This document shows positions 47,545-57,992 of a stretch of DNA of 64,000 nucleotides, piece after piece; the first letter of the stretch is position 1; each line of letters opens with the position of its first letter. Both the position numbers and the translations under genes were made by a program. Source of the stretch: an uncultured Gammaproteobacteria bacterium (GTDB lineage Bacteria; Patescibacteriota; Microgenomatia; UBA10105; UBA927); contig CAZEVT010000001.1 of NCBI GenBank assembly GCA_964515005.1, positions 229,616-293,615 of the forward strand, written 5' to 3'. A model generated the notes under the pieces. The model saw only the letters and a program-made list of their open reading frames with translations. It was not told the DNA's origin and ran no database searches.

Positions 47545-48020
47545 TCAACGCCTCTGGACGACTCTGGCAGTACTTATCTCCCGAAATGCAGGCCATCCTC
47601 AAGGACGGAGAGTTTCTGGTTGAGGATAGCCTCCGTCACCACGACGCGCCGCCGACGGATTTTTCGTACCTGGTTTTCCCGTTTGCCAAGCTCTATGAGG
47701 GATTTTTGAAGAAACTATTTTTGGATGCAGGCATCATCACCGCGCGTGAGTACCAAAGCGATCACTTCCGCATCGGGAAAGTGCTTTCACCGAATTTAGC
47801 CCGTCGCCTGGGAGCCAAAAGTGCATATGGGCAAATCACAAATAAATACGGCAACGAGTTTGCGGCACGTCTATGGCACGCGTGGAAAGAGGGGAGGAAC
47901 CTTGTGTTCCATTATTTCCCCCATAACTTCCGCAGCTTGTCACGCGCGGAAGCTTTAGAGCTTATCAATAGACTGTTGCATACCATGACCGAATCCGTTG
48001 AGATTTTTGGGGTCGGATAA
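47541..48020 (+). CDS. HEPN-like protein resembling the RnlA/RNase LS C-terminal domain
   Basis: DFSYLVFPFAK.YEGFLK and the R-x4-H motif RNLVFH. Confidence 0.6.
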   Translation: MINASGRLWQYLSPEMQAILKDGEFLVEDSLRHHDAPPTDFSYLVFPFAKLYEGFLKKLFLDAGIITAREYQSDHFRIGKVLSPNLARRLGAKSAYGQITNKYGNEFAARLWHAWKEGRNLVFHYFPHNFRSLSRAEALELINRLLHTMTESVEIFGVG

Positions 48021-48060
48021 CCTCTTGCGTACGACGGAAAGAGTAGGGTAATCTAGAGGT

Positions 48061-48732
48061 ATGGCCAAGAGTTCAAAGTTGTCAGCATTCGCCCCGAGCC
48101 TCACGTCTGTCTACCGACTATGGGCGTGGATTCTTTTGGCTTGGGCACTCTACCGGTACTTTGTGCACGTTCCCGAATGGGCAGACGAATTTATTTTCAA
48201 GCCGCTCGTGTTTGTCGTACCCGTCATCTGGTATGTGCGAACCCGCGAACGGCAGGCGCTAGACTCGATCGGGCTTACGGCACAAAACCTGTTCTCCAGT
48301 ATCTATATCGGGTTGGGTTTTGGCGTCCTTTTTGCCATCGAAGGCGTGGTGACGCACGCGATAAAGTACGGGACTATGGACGTCAATCCGATAACCGCAT
48401 TTGGGCAGTATGGATTTTTCCTCATCCTGCTTTCGGTAGCCACTGCATTTTCAGAGGAACTCCTGTCCCGTGGGTTTGTATTTAGTAGAATTCTCGATAG
48501 TAGCAAGAATCTCATATACGCGACGTTTGTGTCGTCCATCATGTTTATGACTCTCCATATTCCCATTCTGGTGACCATGAATAAACTGCAGGGGGTGACG
48601 CTTATCCTGTTTTTTGTGACGGATTTTGTCCTTGCGGTTGCCAACAGCTTGCTTTTTTACAACACGAGGTCGCTGGTTGCCCCCATCCTCGTTCACATTT
48701 TCTGGAATATGACGGTTGCCCTCTACCTCTGA
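48061..48732 (+). CDS. CPBP/Abi family intramembrane metalloprotease
   Basis: EELLSRG, F...H and H...N motifs. Confidence 0.88.
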   Translation: MAKSSKLSAFAPSLTSVYRLWAWILLAWALYRYFVHVPEWADEFIFKPLVFVVPVIWYVRTRERQALDSIGLTAQNLFSSIYIGLGFGVLFAIEGVVTHAIKYGTMDVNPITAFGQYGFFLILLSVATAFSEELLSRGFVFSRILDSSKNLIYATFVSSIMFMTLHIPILVTMNKLQGVTLILFFVTDFVLAVANSLLFYNTRSLVAPILVHIFWNMTVALYL

Positions 48733-48733
48733 C

Positions 48734-48761
48734 CAAAAAACCCGCTTTGGGCGGGTTTTTT
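48734..48761. terminator. Bidirectional intrinsic terminator
   Basis: AAAAAACCCGC-TTTGG-GCGGGTTTTTT. Confidence 0.88.
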
Positions 48762-48780
48762 AGGTTAAACAAGATTCTTG

Positions 48781-49065
48781 TTAATATCCCTTCATCATCA
48801 CATCCATCGTGGATGTCATCATGCCGCCTCTTTCCGTCATCATTATTCCGCTGTCTTTGAGCTCGCGGTCTCCATATCTGGTGCCTCGTTGTTCCATCAA
48901 TTTTCCCATCGTATCCATCATTGTCGTGGCATCACGAAAGCCGGTGAGCTGAGTAATAACGCTTGATTTCCCGATATAGAATCCGACAATGCCGCCAAAG
49001 ACTGCCATAATAAGAAGGACGGTGATACTCATGGTATCCAATGTGTGTTTGTTTCCTCTTGCCAT
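48781..49065 (-). CDS. Small Met-rich membrane-anchored protein
   Basis: SD AGGAGGTGA, one TM and an MM-rich C-terminus. Confidence 0.65.
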   Translation of the reverse strand: MARGNKHTLDTMSITVLLIMAVFGGIVGFYIGKSSVITQLTGFRDATTMMDTMGKLMEQRGTRYGDRELKDSGIMMTERGGMMTSTMDVMMKGY

Positions 49066-49129
49066 ACGTATCACCTCCTCTCCGGGTAGATGTACAAAAA
49101 TGTTTCTATACAATCATAGTAGCACACCT

Positions 49130-49891
49130 TTATGTGGCGAGCCACCCCCCGTCAATGTACAGGGTGGCGCCGGTGGTGTAGGAAGATTCATCGGAAGACA
49201 AATACACGACCGCGGCGGCAATCTCCTCAGCTTTCCCCGCTCGTTTTAAAGGCGCCCTGTTCAGCATGGCCTCGGCCTGTTTGGGATCCTTCAGTATAGC
49301 TTCGGTCATCTCCGTTTCAATGACCCCCGGCCCTATGGCATTGACCAGTATCCCCATGGGTGCCAACTCATCTGCCATGGCTTCGGTAAGTCCGATGACG
49401 CCGCCCTTTGATGCGCAATATTGAGCAACCTGCGGAAATCCAACCCCCACACCCGCAGATGCGATCGAAGAGATCATAATAATACGCCCCCATTTATTTT
49501 TGGCCATTTCGCGCGCTGCTGCCTGGGCGACGAGAAAATATCCTTTCAGATTCGTGTCAATTGTTTTGTCCCACTGGGCCTCCGTCATATCTAAAAACGG
49601 CACAAACTCGGCAACGCCCGCGCTGTTGAGGAGGATATCCAGGCGTCCGAAGGTTTTTATGGTTTGGGCAACTGCGGCATCAATATCCGCTTTTTTGGTG
49701 ACGTCCATAGTCACCGCAAGACCGTCTTTTCCGTGATTTTTAATCTCTGCAACCAGCGCCTGCAGACGGTCAAGTCTGCGTGCGGCAACGACGACCTTGG
49801 CTCCTTGGTTGGCCAAGGCCAGAGCACTTGCTCGTCCGATACCGCTTGATGCACCCGTGACGAGGGCGACTTTTCCGGTGAGATCAAACAT
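49130..49891 (-). CDS. Short-chain dehydrogenase/reductase
   Basis: TGASSGIG, NSAG and YCASK motifs. Confidence 0.95.
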   Translation of the reverse strand: MFDLTGKVALVTGASSGIGRASALALANQGAKVVVAARRLDRLQALVAEIKNHGKDGLAVTMDVTKKADIDAAVAQTIKTFGRLDILLNSAGVAEFVPFLDMTEAQWDKTIDTNLKGYFLVAQAAAREMAKNKWGRIIMISSIASAGVGVGFPQVAQYCASKGGVIGLTEAMADELAPMGILVNAIGPGVIETEMTEAILKDPKQAEAMLNRAPLKRAGKAEEIAAAVVYLSSDESSYTTGATLYIDGGWLAT

Positions 49892-49894
49892 GGG

Positions 49895-50320
49895 CTAGGT
49901 ACCTTTCTTTTCCAGTATATAGCTTTTGAGTGAGAGGCCAAAGAGGACAAACATGTTAACGGTTGAAATGGCGCACCATGTGCACACGCCGCGGATGACA
50001 AAAAGTTCCGTGTAGGTAAACCATGTGGTGAAGGCAACGCCAAAGGCGGTCATGCCCAGGATTCCTTTGATGAGATTTTTGTTTTTGTGAGAGGTACGCA
50101 AAAATGCCAGGATCGCGATGATTGAGTAGCCCACAAGTCCGACTGCAGGCACCGGAATGCCGTAAATATAGCTTGCCGGACTCTTCCGCACGAGCTCACA
50201 GCCGCCGGTGGCACAGATGATGCCCACTTGGCGAAGGAAGCTTTGGGTGACATAGAGGGCAATCAGAATGCCCACGATGGCAAGGATGAATATGATCCGG
50301 TTCAGTCGGGTCGAGCTCAT
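49895..50320 (-). CDS. Vitamin K epoxide reductase (VKOR) family protein
   Basis: C-x4-C..V..S loop and CTWC active site; four TM segments. Confidence 0.9.
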   Translation of the reverse strand: MSSTRLNRIIFILAIVGILIALYVTQSFLRQVGIICATGGCELVRKSPASYIYGIPVPAVGLVGYSIIAILAFLRTSHKNKNLIKGILGMTAFGVAFTTWFTYTELFVIRGVCTWCAISTVNMFVLFGLSLKSYILEKKGT

Positions 50321-50402
50321 ACGATGATAGTATCAGAAATCAATTGTACAGTGTGTATGATATAGTACATATTTATTGCGAAATAGGAGTATACTCCAGC
50401 GT

Positions 50403-51050
50403 ATGGACGCGTCACCAAACAAGATTATTGACGAGTTTTTCAACCGGTTTACCCATCTCAAATACAAAAAAGGCGATATTATATTGCGCGCCCAAGACTC
50501 GCCACAGGGCGCGTTTTACCTCAAGAAAGGCTACGTGCGCCAGTATGTAGTTGCCGACTCCGGTGGGGCGCTCATGCTTCATATTTTTAAGCCCGGATCA
50601 TTTTTCCCAATGACGTGGATTGTAAACGACACGCCCAATACTTACTATTTTGAGGCGGTGACGGCGGTCGAGATCTGGCGGGCACCCAAAGAAGCGGTGC
50701 GGAAATTCCTTAAGAATCACCCAGCCGTGGTCTACCATTTTGCCAGCCGGCTTCTATTGGGGGTCACGGGCATGATGAAGCGGATGGAGTATTTGGTTCT
50801 GGATAATGCGTACAAAAAAACCATCTTACTTCTTTTATATCTTGCACAAAATCTCGGAGAAAAAGAGGGGAATGCCATAGCGCTTCCCGTGCCGGTGACG
50901 CATAGGGAAGTTGCCGCCTGGATAGGGACGACCCGCGAAACGGCAAGTTTACAGGTGGAAACACTCAAGAAAAAGGGGCTTATTTCTTACCGCAAGCGTC
51001 AACTGATGATTCCGAGTGTCAAGGCGCTGGAAAAAGAAATTGGACGGTAG
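50403..51050 (+). CDS. Crp/Fnr family transcriptional regulator
   Basis: cNMP-binding-like beta barrel and HTH THREVAAWIGTTRETAS. Confidence 0.92.
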   Translation: MDASPNKIIDEFFNRFTHLKYKKGDIILRAQDSPQGAFYLKKGYVRQYVVADSGGALMLHIFKPGSFFPMTWIVNDTPNTYYFEAVTAVEIWRAPKEAVRKFLKNHPAVVYHFASRLLLGVTGMMKRMEYLVLDNAYKKTILLLLYLAQNLGEKEGNAIALPVPVTHREVAAWIGTTRETASLQVETLKKKGLISYRKRQLMIPSVKALEKEIGR

Positions 51051-51342
51051 GAAAATCAGCAATTCTGTTGCCCGAGATTTTAATCCCCTCGCTGCGTAGC
51101 ATCCGCATCTTCTTTTGAATTTTTTTCCCGCTTCGTTTTCCCATAAACCCACCGATTGTACCATCCGCGGCCACCACGCGGTGGCAGGGGACCATGGGGG
51201 CATGGGGATTGGTCCGCATAAATTGTCCGATGGCTCGATAGCTGCGGGTCCCAAGCGCCTCGGCAAGCGCCTTATATGTCGTTACTCTCCCGCGAGGGAC
51301 TTTTTTGAGCAGCGCATATGTTTGTTTAGCAAGCGGCGTCAT
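51019..51342 (-). CDS. ogt: O6-methylguanine-DNA methyltransferase (C-terminal domain only)
   Basis: VPRGRVTTY, RAIG and PCHRV active site. Confidence 0.85.
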   Translation of the reverse strand: MTPLAKQTYALLKKVPRGRVTTYKALAEALGTRSYRAIGQFMRTNPHAPMVPCHRVVAADGTIGGFMGKRSGKKIQKKMRMLRSEGIKISGNRIADFPTVQFLFPAP

Positions 51343-51368
51343 ATCCTCATTATAATACATGTTCCCGC

Positions 51369-51650
51369 TTATTTTTCGACAAAATAATTGTACACGACGG
51401 CAAAAAGGTAGCCGATGAGCCATGCTGTTACCGCTGATGATACGAGTCCCAACATGAATGTAGACGTTGTTATATTCAGCGTATCAAGTCTTGCAAGCTG
51501 GACTCCGTGGAACCATGATTGGGCGACAGTAAACATAAAGTCGGGAACTATGCCTACCAACAGTCTACATGCGACAAAAATAACTGCTGCCACAACTCCT
51601 GCGGCGTTTGCAGTTGCCATCGGGTCTTTAAGGCCAAATGATTTAGCCAT
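51369..51650 (-). CDS. DUF5676-like small membrane protein
   Basis: Two or three TM segments with C and WFHG; strong SD; last gene of the copper operon. Confidence 0.65.
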   Translation of the reverse strand: MAKSFGLKDPMATANAAGVVAAVIFVACRLLVGIVPDFMFTVAQSWFHGVQLARLDTLNITTSTFMLGLVSSAVTAWLIGYLFAVVYNYFVEK

Positions 51651-52305
51651 GATGATGTTCACCTCCTTTCTTATACCATATCATATATTTGATTGACGGC
51701 CACCATCCCGGGGTGGATTTTTTATATTCGATAAAGCTCTGGCCGAATGTTTTAAGTATATATGTTTCTTCTTGAGATGCCAGACGGATGTATCGGAAGA
51801 TAAGCAGTGGCGCCATGATAAGGGTAATGAGCGTTGGCCATTGCAGGAGAAATCCGACGATGATCAAGATAAATCCTGCATATTGCGGGTGGCGAATATA
51901 CCGGTAGGGTCCGGTAGTAGCTAATGTCTTTTTTTGTACGGCTTGATAGAGCACGTTCCATGCATAAGAAATAAGAAGCAATCCTCCAATAATGAATATA
52001 TTGCTGACTATATGTAAAAAGCTCCAATGTGGATTGACGGTATTGTTCAAGAGGACTTCCCACAAGTGGCCGGAGGTGTGAGAAAAGTTCAATTGGGGGA
52101 ATCGGGATCCAAACCACGAGGTGAGAAGATAAATAGTCAGCGGAAATCCGTACATTTCGGCAAAAAGAGCAACCACAAATGCTCCAAATGAGCTAAAGGT
52201 ACGCCAATCCGTACCTGTTTTTGGCTTAAACGCGTCAAACAGAAACAAAAGAAACACCGCACTTATACCGATGACCAGAAGCCAATTGCCGTATGCGTAT
52301 TCCAT
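51643..52305 (-). CDS. Isoprenylcysteine carboxyl methyltransferase (ICMT/PEMT) family protein
   Basis: ALFAEMYGFPLTIYLL, GHLW and TTGPYRYIRHPQY motifs. Confidence 0.88.
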   Translation of the reverse strand: MEYAYGNWLLVIGISAVFLLFLFDAFKPKTGTDWRTFSSFGAFVVALFAEMYGFPLTIYLLTSWFGSRFPQLNFSHTSGHLWEVLLNNTVNPHWSFLHIVSNIFIIGGLLLISYAWNVLYQAVQKKTLATTGPYRYIRHPQYAGFILIIVGFLLQWPTLITLIMAPLLIFRYIRLASQEETYILKTFGQSFIEYKKSTPGWWPSIKYMIWYKKGGEHHHG

Positions 52306-52308
52306 ATA

Positions 52309-52503
52309 TTATGTTCCATGTGTATCACTATGGTTTTTGTGTTTGCCGTGGCCATCATGTTTCATGAGAAACATGTGTGCTAATGGACACGCAAGAAATA
52401 GACCAATTGTTGCGAGGTTACTGATATTTTTTCCCGCCAAAAACCAGAGTGCTATACCGACAAACGGTAAGGCACACAGTACTGGCATGAGCCATTTTTT
52501 CAT
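52309..52503 (-). CDS. DUF2933 family small protein
   Basis: LACPLAHMFLM followed by a His-rich tail. Confidence 0.8.
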   Translation of the reverse strand: MKKWLMPVLCALPFVGIALWFLAGKNISNLATIGLFLACPLAHMFLMKHDGHGKHKNHSDTHGT

Positions 52504-52505
52504 AG

Positions 52506-52934
52506 TTATTTCACCTCCCAGGTAAATGTCCGGGTGGGGATGCCGGCAATGTCGCGGAATGTCAGTGTCATCATTTTGGGACGGGTAAGGTCGGGTATAA
52601 ACCGAAGCATCCCTTTCCTATGATGTCCTCCCGGAGGCGAGCCCTCCCAGACAGGCGTATATGTTTCCTTCGTTCCGTCTGTAAATGCTGCGATCTTTTC
52701 TACGTCAAACGCCAAATCAACTGAATGGGTTTCAAAAGCCACATCAAATGAAGCCGGAAAGCCCTTCTTGAGGCGTATCGGGGTGACAGAAACCGTCACT
52801 TCGCCGCCTTCAACCTCTTTTGTTTCATATGCCGCGACCAGCGTGGGTTTTGGTCGGGAAGCTATAAGAAAAACAGCAAGAATCGTGAATCCAACGATGA
52901 GGGCGAGGATGATGGTTCGGGCAATCCGGTTCAT
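52506..52934 (-). CDS. Hypothetical exported protein with conserved His motifs
   Basis: TM anchor, F.THSVDL and GGHHRKG; start MNRIAR at 52934. Confidence 0.7.
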   Translation of the reverse strand: MNRIARTIILALIVGFTILAVFLIASRPKPTLVAAYETKEVEGGEVTVSVTPIRLKKGFPASFDVAFETHSVDLAFDVEKIAAFTDGTKETYTPVWEGSPPGGHHRKGMLRFIPDLTRPKMMTLTFRDIAGIPTRTFTWEVK

Positions 52935-53344
52935 AGTTTTACAAGATACTTTCGCAGGTGCAGTATTCCGTACACATTGATGCCGAGACTTATAAAAAGA
53001 ATCGGTTTTTGGTAGCGGATAAGAAAGATGCTTAGTGCTGACATCCCGAGGATTGGAAGAACATCCGTGGCATGATGGACGCAGCAGGCGAGCATACCCA
53101 TGCCTGCCGAGGCGCCGCCGGTTGCGATTGTGGCCGCGTTTTTGGCCCGCAACGATTGTTTGAGTCGGACGAAGAGTCCTACCTGTGTACCAAACGCGAT
53201 GGAAAGCGGCACAAGCAGCCACCAGAGCGTCTGAAACTGTTCTTCGGCCGCTGGCCAGCCGTTGAATGCGGTCATGGTGGCGACATAAAACCCGAGGAGG
53301 AGAGCTCCCGAGGCTATGCCACTTGCTATTGGCAGTGTATTCAT
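52931..53344 (-). CDS. Hypothetical membrane protein with a CCxHH motif
   Basis: Four TM segments and GMLACCVHH..DVLP; start MNTLPI at 53344. Confidence 0.75.
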   Translation of the reverse strand: MNTLPIASGIASGALLLGFYVATMTAFNGWPAAEEQFQTLWWLLVPLSIAFGTQVGLFVRLKQSLRAKNAATIATGGASAGMGMLACCVHHATDVLPILGMSALSIFLIRYQKPILFISLGINVYGILHLRKYLVKL

Positions 53345-53345
53345 A

Positions 53346-54545
53346 TTACGCGCCGCAGCCTCCCGCCGACGGGGCGGGACGGTAGGGAAGTGGGCCCACT
53401 TTTTTAGTGATGTCGGCCGCCCCTTGGCCGCTTGAATACGTCGCTCCGAGCACTTCCTTGGCATCCACCTTGTTCCATGGTGTCCCCTGGCGGGCGAAAT
53501 AGGTAGCGACCGTGAGGTAGCTATCGGCAAACCAGTAGCTGTTGAGCGCCAAGACGTTGCGATAAATCGTCGCCTCGTCCACCGCAGCAGCCACCATCAT
53601 TTCTATGGCAGCAAGGGCAGCCATGCCGTGATTGCAGTCGGGGAACCACGTTGAGTTGCCGCAGCACGGGCGATAGACGTTTTTGGCGATCTCACCGACT
53701 TTTTTTTGTTCTTCATCTGTAAGCTTGATGAAGTCAAACCGATTAAGATATTGCATCGCATCCCCTCGGGCTAAACTCCATCCGCCGGTTGAGGCGAAAT
53801 TGCCGGCGTTTGCTTTTTCCTCTTTACCCATTGGGCCGTCCGTGTACACAATGCTTTTTTGTGCAAGACCTATGGCCCAAAGCATGTCGACGATGAATTG
53901 GCTGTTTGCGTTATCGATTCTGATGGGATCTTTTGACTCTTTCAGAAATATCTCTTTTTGGCTGTCCGTCATCGTGACGGTTTTTGCAAATTTTGCCATA
54001 TCAATAACGCCTGCATTCACGAGCTTCATCGGCAGATCGCCCCAGGAGATGGGAAGTTCGATACCGGCCGCGGGCGTGACCTCCTGATCAAGTTTGCTTA
54101 AGTCCAATAATGTGCCACCGCTTTTTTGCCACGCATCCATGCCGCCAGTGAGGTGCCGCACATTGGTGTAGCCGAGTTTTTTAAGAACCGGCAACGCCTC
54201 CGCACTCATGCGGCCGGATTTGCAGTAGAGAATAATAGGTGCGTTTTTGTCTTCGGGGAGACTCGCGGAATTTGCAACGATCTGATCGTAGGGGACGAAG
54301 GTATCGGTACCCGCTATTTCTCCTTCATACGGCACATGGACATTAATAAAAGTAAAATCCTTGTTTTTGAGCATTTTGGCAAGCTGTTTGGCGCTTACAG
54401 AATCTGCCTGCGCCATACCTATTGCGCGCGGATTGGAAAGAAATGAACCAATACGGGGCGCATTTATTCCGATCAGAAATCCCCCGAGAACTAAGACAAA
54501 GATAGTAAAAAATACCGTGGTTTGGCGAATGTTTTTCTTTTTCAT
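53346..54545 (-). CDS. Membrane-anchored rhodanese-domain protein fused to a Cys/His-rich domain
   Basis: Rhodanese YCKSGRMS and LTGGMDAW; C-terminal YRPCCGNSTWFPDCNHGMA; ends in GGCGA. Confidence 0.8.
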   Translation of the reverse strand: MKKKNIRQTTVFFTIFVLVLGGFLIGINAPRIGSFLSNPRAIGMAQADSVSAKQLAKMLKNKDFTFINVHVPYEGEIAGTDTFVPYDQIVANSASLPEDKNAPIILYCKSGRMSAEALPVLKKLGYTNVRHLTGGMDAWQKSGGTLLDLSKLDQEVTPAAGIELPISWGDLPMKLVNAGVIDMAKFAKTVTMTDSQKEIFLKESKDPIRIDNANSQFIVDMLWAIGLAQKSIVYTDGPMGKEEKANAGNFASTGGWSLARGDAMQYLNRFDFIKLTDEEQKKVGEIAKNVYRPCCGNSTWFPDCNHGMAALAAIEMMVAAAVDEATIYRNVLALNSYWFADSYLTVATYFARQGTPWNKVDAKEVLGATYSSGQGAADITKKVGPLPYRPAPSAGGCGA

Positions 54546-55378
54546 GATTTCCTTCCTCTCCGAATGAGAAAAATAATAAATACTAGTAAAAGTGCTAAAA
54601 ATAGATATTCACTGTTGGGAAAGCCTCGAACCGTTCGCACCAGGTTCATAACACCCGCACCCAACGTTTCCTCGATGGGTTTTTCCATTCCCATAGTGAT
54701 ATTGCCGGTTGCCGCAAGGAGGGCAAACATGATACCGACCGCAATAAAGAGGAATCCTGCGATAACGTCGGTAAGCAGGCGAGACTTTCCAAATAGTGTC
54801 ACTGTTTTTCCTTTGACTTTCATCACCTTTTGCCAGTCGACGCGGTCCAATAGGAGTGCCAGAACGACCAGCGGCACGACCATGCCGGCAACATAGGAGA
54901 GCCCGGCCAATCCGGCCCAGAGGAAAGAAGGGGAGAGAAAGCTCAATGTCAAAATTCCCGCCAGAACCGGCGTGCAGCAGGAGCTGGTGATTCCCGAAAA
55001 TACGCCCAGTACGTAGACCGCCCACGGGCTTTTGTGGGTGTTGAGGTCAATGGTGAGATTGAGCATCGGGAGAGTGATTTTTTTGCCGGTAAGCTCCATA
55101 AGACCCAAGAGGATCATAAATCCGCCGCCGATAAGATATGTTTGGGTATGGTACTGCTGGAAAATTTGCCCGACGGCGCGGATGCCCAGGGCGGTGGGGA
55201 CGAGAATGGTAGCAATCCCTAAACCAAACAAGAGGGTGAGGCCTAAGATGTTCCTTTTCCCGCGGAAGATGTTGGCCAGGTAGCTCGGGAGAAGGAACGT
55301 GATGCAGCACGGCGCAAACAGCGCCACCATGCCGCCGGCAAATGCAGTGATCAGTGACACTGTGTTTACTATGTTCAT
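54542..55378 (-). CDS. CcdA/DsbD-type transmembrane electron transporter
   Basis: LFAPCCITFLLP and SSCCTPVLA Cys-Pro motifs. Confidence 0.85.
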   Translation of the reverse strand: MNIVNTVSLITAFAGGMVALFAPCCITFLLPSYLANIFRGKRNILGLTLLFGLGIATILVPTALGIRAVGQIFQQYHTQTYLIGGGFMILLGLMELTGKKITLPMLNLTIDLNTHKSPWAVYVLGVFSGITSSCCTPVLAGILTLSFLSPSFLWAGLAGLSYVAGMVVPLVVLALLLDRVDWQKVMKVKGKTVTLFGKSRLLTDVIAGFLFIAVGIMFALLAATGNITMGMEKPIEETLGAGVMNLVRTVRGFPNSEYLFLALLLVFIIFLIRRGRKS

Positions 55379-55875
55379 AATACGTTGGCCGCCACGCTCA
55401 CTTCCACATTCTGGTTCTCCGGATCGTTGGTAGAAAAGTTCACCTGACGGGTAACCGCCCCCGTGATCGGCATGACCTTCGGCCGGTAGGTGACCTTGAG
55501 TTCTGCCTTTTCCCTACCCGGAATCTCACCAATCCAATTTTTAAGGTTGCTCCCCATATGCATCGCCATATTAAACTCGCCGGTCGTCTGGCCGTTGATG
55601 ATGACGCTCGCGAACGTGCAGTCGCATGACGTGGCGATGTTCCACATGCGGAGGATCGAATCGCTGGTATTGGTGATGGTAAAGGTCGCCGTACGTTCTT
55701 CGTCAGCTTTCATGGTACCGAAATCCTCTGTTTTTTTGTCGATCGTCATGCTTGACGCTCCCAGCTCTGCCCGCGCAGGTGGGGGTTTTTGATTATTAAA
55801 CAGGGCAAATGCTCCGCCGATGATAAGAACGCTCGCGCCTATGGCGCCGAGGATAATTTTCGTGTCTGTTTTCAT
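55375..55875 (-). CDS. DUF1573 domain-containing protein
   Basis: DFG, F.ITN, TSCDCT and TNDP motifs; TM anchor. Confidence 0.85.
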   Translation of the reverse strand: MKTDTKIILGAIGASVLIIGGAFALFNNQKPPPARAELGASSMTIDKKTEDFGTMKADEERTATFTITNTSDSILRMWNIATSCDCTFASVIINGQTTGEFNMAMHMGSNLKNWIGEIPGREKAELKVTYRPKVMPITGAVTRQVNFSTNDPENQNVEVSVAANVL

Positions 55876-57992
55876 ACTCTGACTCCTTTCAGTCGGAGAG
55901 AATTTCCGACAACAGAAATACTACTGGCTGCCATGGCAAAAGCGGCGAGCGCGGGGTTCAAAAGCCACCCGGTCGCGGGGTAGAGAACTCCGGCGGCAAC
56001 GGGGATGAGGATGACGTTGTACCCAAATGCCCAAAAAAGGTTTTGCTTAATAACCGAAAGGGTTGCGCGGGAAAGTTTAATTGCAGATATGACACTCGTA
56101 AGATTTTTGTTCAATAATGTTATTCCGGCTGATTCCATAGCAATATCCGTCCCTGTTCCCATGGCGATACCAACGTCGGCGGATGCCAGAGCAGGCGCAT
56201 CGTTTATACCATCGCCCACAAACGCGACGATTTGATTTTTTTGTTTCAATTCTTTAATCTTTTGGGCCTTTTGGTCCGGTAAGACTCCGGCCATGACGTT
56301 TGTAATTCCTACCTCTGATGCAATTGCCTTTGCCGTGCGCTCGTTATCGCCTGTGATCATCCAGACAGCGACATGCATGCGGTGGAGGGCCGAAACCATG
56401 TCTTTAGCCTGATCTTTGAGTGTGTCGGCAACGGCAATAATTCCCAACGTTGTCTTGCCTGACGTAAGCTCCATAACGGTTTTTCCCTTTTTTTCAAAAT
56501 TAGGGTACTCCTTCGCGGGTTTACCAAAAAAGTATCGTTTCCCGCTTATCAACCCGGAAATACCTTGCCCCGGAATAGCCTTAAACTCCGATACGTTGAA
56601 AAGCTTCTGTCCTTTCGCTTTTTCTAGGATTGCATCTGCAAGCGAATGTTCTGATCCTCTCTCCAGAGACGCGGCGATTGAGAGAATAGACGCGGGAACG
56701 ACGTCAGTAACAATTGGTTTTCCTTGCGTCAGTGTGCCGGTTTTGTCAAATACTGCGACTTTGATGGCGTTGGCAATCTCGAGGCTTTGGGCGTCTTTAA
56801 TCAAAATACCGTGTTCGGCGCCCCGTCCGGTGCCGACCATGATGGCGGTGGGAGTTGCCAGCCCTAAGGCACACGGACAGGCAATGATAAGGACGGCAAT
56901 CATATTGGTGAAAGCAGGGGTAAACGTACCCAGGTCAAACCATACGATAAATGTAGCTACAGCTAGCATAAGAACAATGGGCACAAAATAGCCGGAAACG
57001 GTATCCGCAAGCCGTTGGATGGGCGCCCGGGAGCTTTGGGCTTCGGAGACCATTTTTACAATCCGGGCAAGCATGGTCTCGCTGCCGACTTTGGTTGCCA
57101 GAAAAAGGAACGTGCCAGTTTTGTTCATCGTGGCGCCGATGACGAGGTCACCCTTTTTCTTGTCAACCGGGATTGATTCGCCGGTAACCATGGACTCATC
57201 GATAGAACTGACCCCTTCCGTAATTTTTCCGTCCACGGGAATCTTTTCTCCTGGACGGACGCGGATCACATCCCCTACATTTACCTGATCAATCGGCACG
57301 TCAATTTCGCGCCCGGCACGCACGACTCGAGCGGTCTTCGCTTGTAGATGCAGAAGTTTTTTAATGGCATCGCTCGTGTGGGCTTTGGCTTTTGCTTCCA
57401 AGAATCGTCCCAAAAGAATAAGGGTGATAATGATGGCTGCGGTGTCGAAATATTTGGTTGTGGATACGAGGGAATAGCCGTATGCGGCAGTGGTGCCGAT
57501 GGCAATGAGCGTATCCATGCTGGCGGTGCGATTTTTGAGCCCGGACCAGGTGGCCTGATAGAACCCCCATCCGGCCCAAAACTGCACCGGTGTGGCCAAG
57601 AGAAGCAATACAAAAAAATTGGAGAGCGGCGTGACCCCAAACCATTCAGGAAAGCTACCCAAAAGTATAAAAAAGCTTAATACTGCCGATACCCATACTT
57701 TTGCTTTCAGATCGGTAAGCTCGGCCTTTTTTGCTTCTTCTTTGAGTTCATCTGGGGTTCGCCGGCCGGCGGATGTTTTTTCTCCCTCAACGATTGCTTT
57801 ATACCCTGCATCCGCGACGGCATCAGAGAGCACTTTTGGCGTGACGGTGTCGTCACATTCAACTGTGGCCTCTTCGCTTCCGTAGTTTACGGAAGCAGCA
57901 ATCACTCCAGAAGTTTTGGTAAGCTTTTTTTCGATTATGCGCGCGCAACTTGCGCAATGCATGCCGATGATGGGGAAGGAGGTTTTGGTCAT
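55872..57992 (-). CDS. copA: Copper-exporting P1B-type ATPase
   Basis: GMHCASC HMA domain, [22 protein letters not shown] and MAASS motifs. Confidence 0.96.
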   Translation of the reverse strand: MTKTSFPIIGMHCASCARIIEKKLTKTSGVIAASVNYGSEEATVECDDTVTPKVLSDAVADAGYKAIVEGEKTSAGRRTPDELKEEAKKAELTDLKAKVWVSAVLSFFILLGSFPEWFGVTPLSNFFVLLLLATPVQFWAGWGFYQATWSGLKNRTASMDTLIAIGTTAAYGYSLVSTTKYFDTAAIIITLILLGRFLEAKAKAHTSDAIKKLLHLQAKTARVVRAGREIDVPIDQVNVGDVIRVRPGEKIPVDGKITEGVSSIDESMVTGESIPVDKKKGDLVIGATMNKTGTFLFLATKVGSETMLARIVKMVSEAQSSRAPIQRLADTVSGYFVPIVLMLAVATFIVWFDLGTFTPAFTNMIAVLIIACPCALGLATPTAIMVGTGRGAEHGILIKDAQSLEIANAIKVAVFDKTGTLTQGKPIVTDVVPASILSIAASLERGSEHSLADAILEKAKGQKLFNVSEFKAIPGQGISGLISGKRYFFGKPAKEYPNFEKKGKTVMELTSGKTTLGIIAVADTLKDQAKDMVSALHRMHVAVWMITGDNERTAKAIASEVGITNVMAGVLPDQKAQKIKELKQKNQIVAFVGDGINDAPALASADVGIAMGTGTDIAMESAGITLLNKNLTSVISAIKLSRATLSVIKQNLFWAFGYNVILIPVAAGVLYPATGWLLNPALAAFAMAASSISVVGNSLRLKGVRV

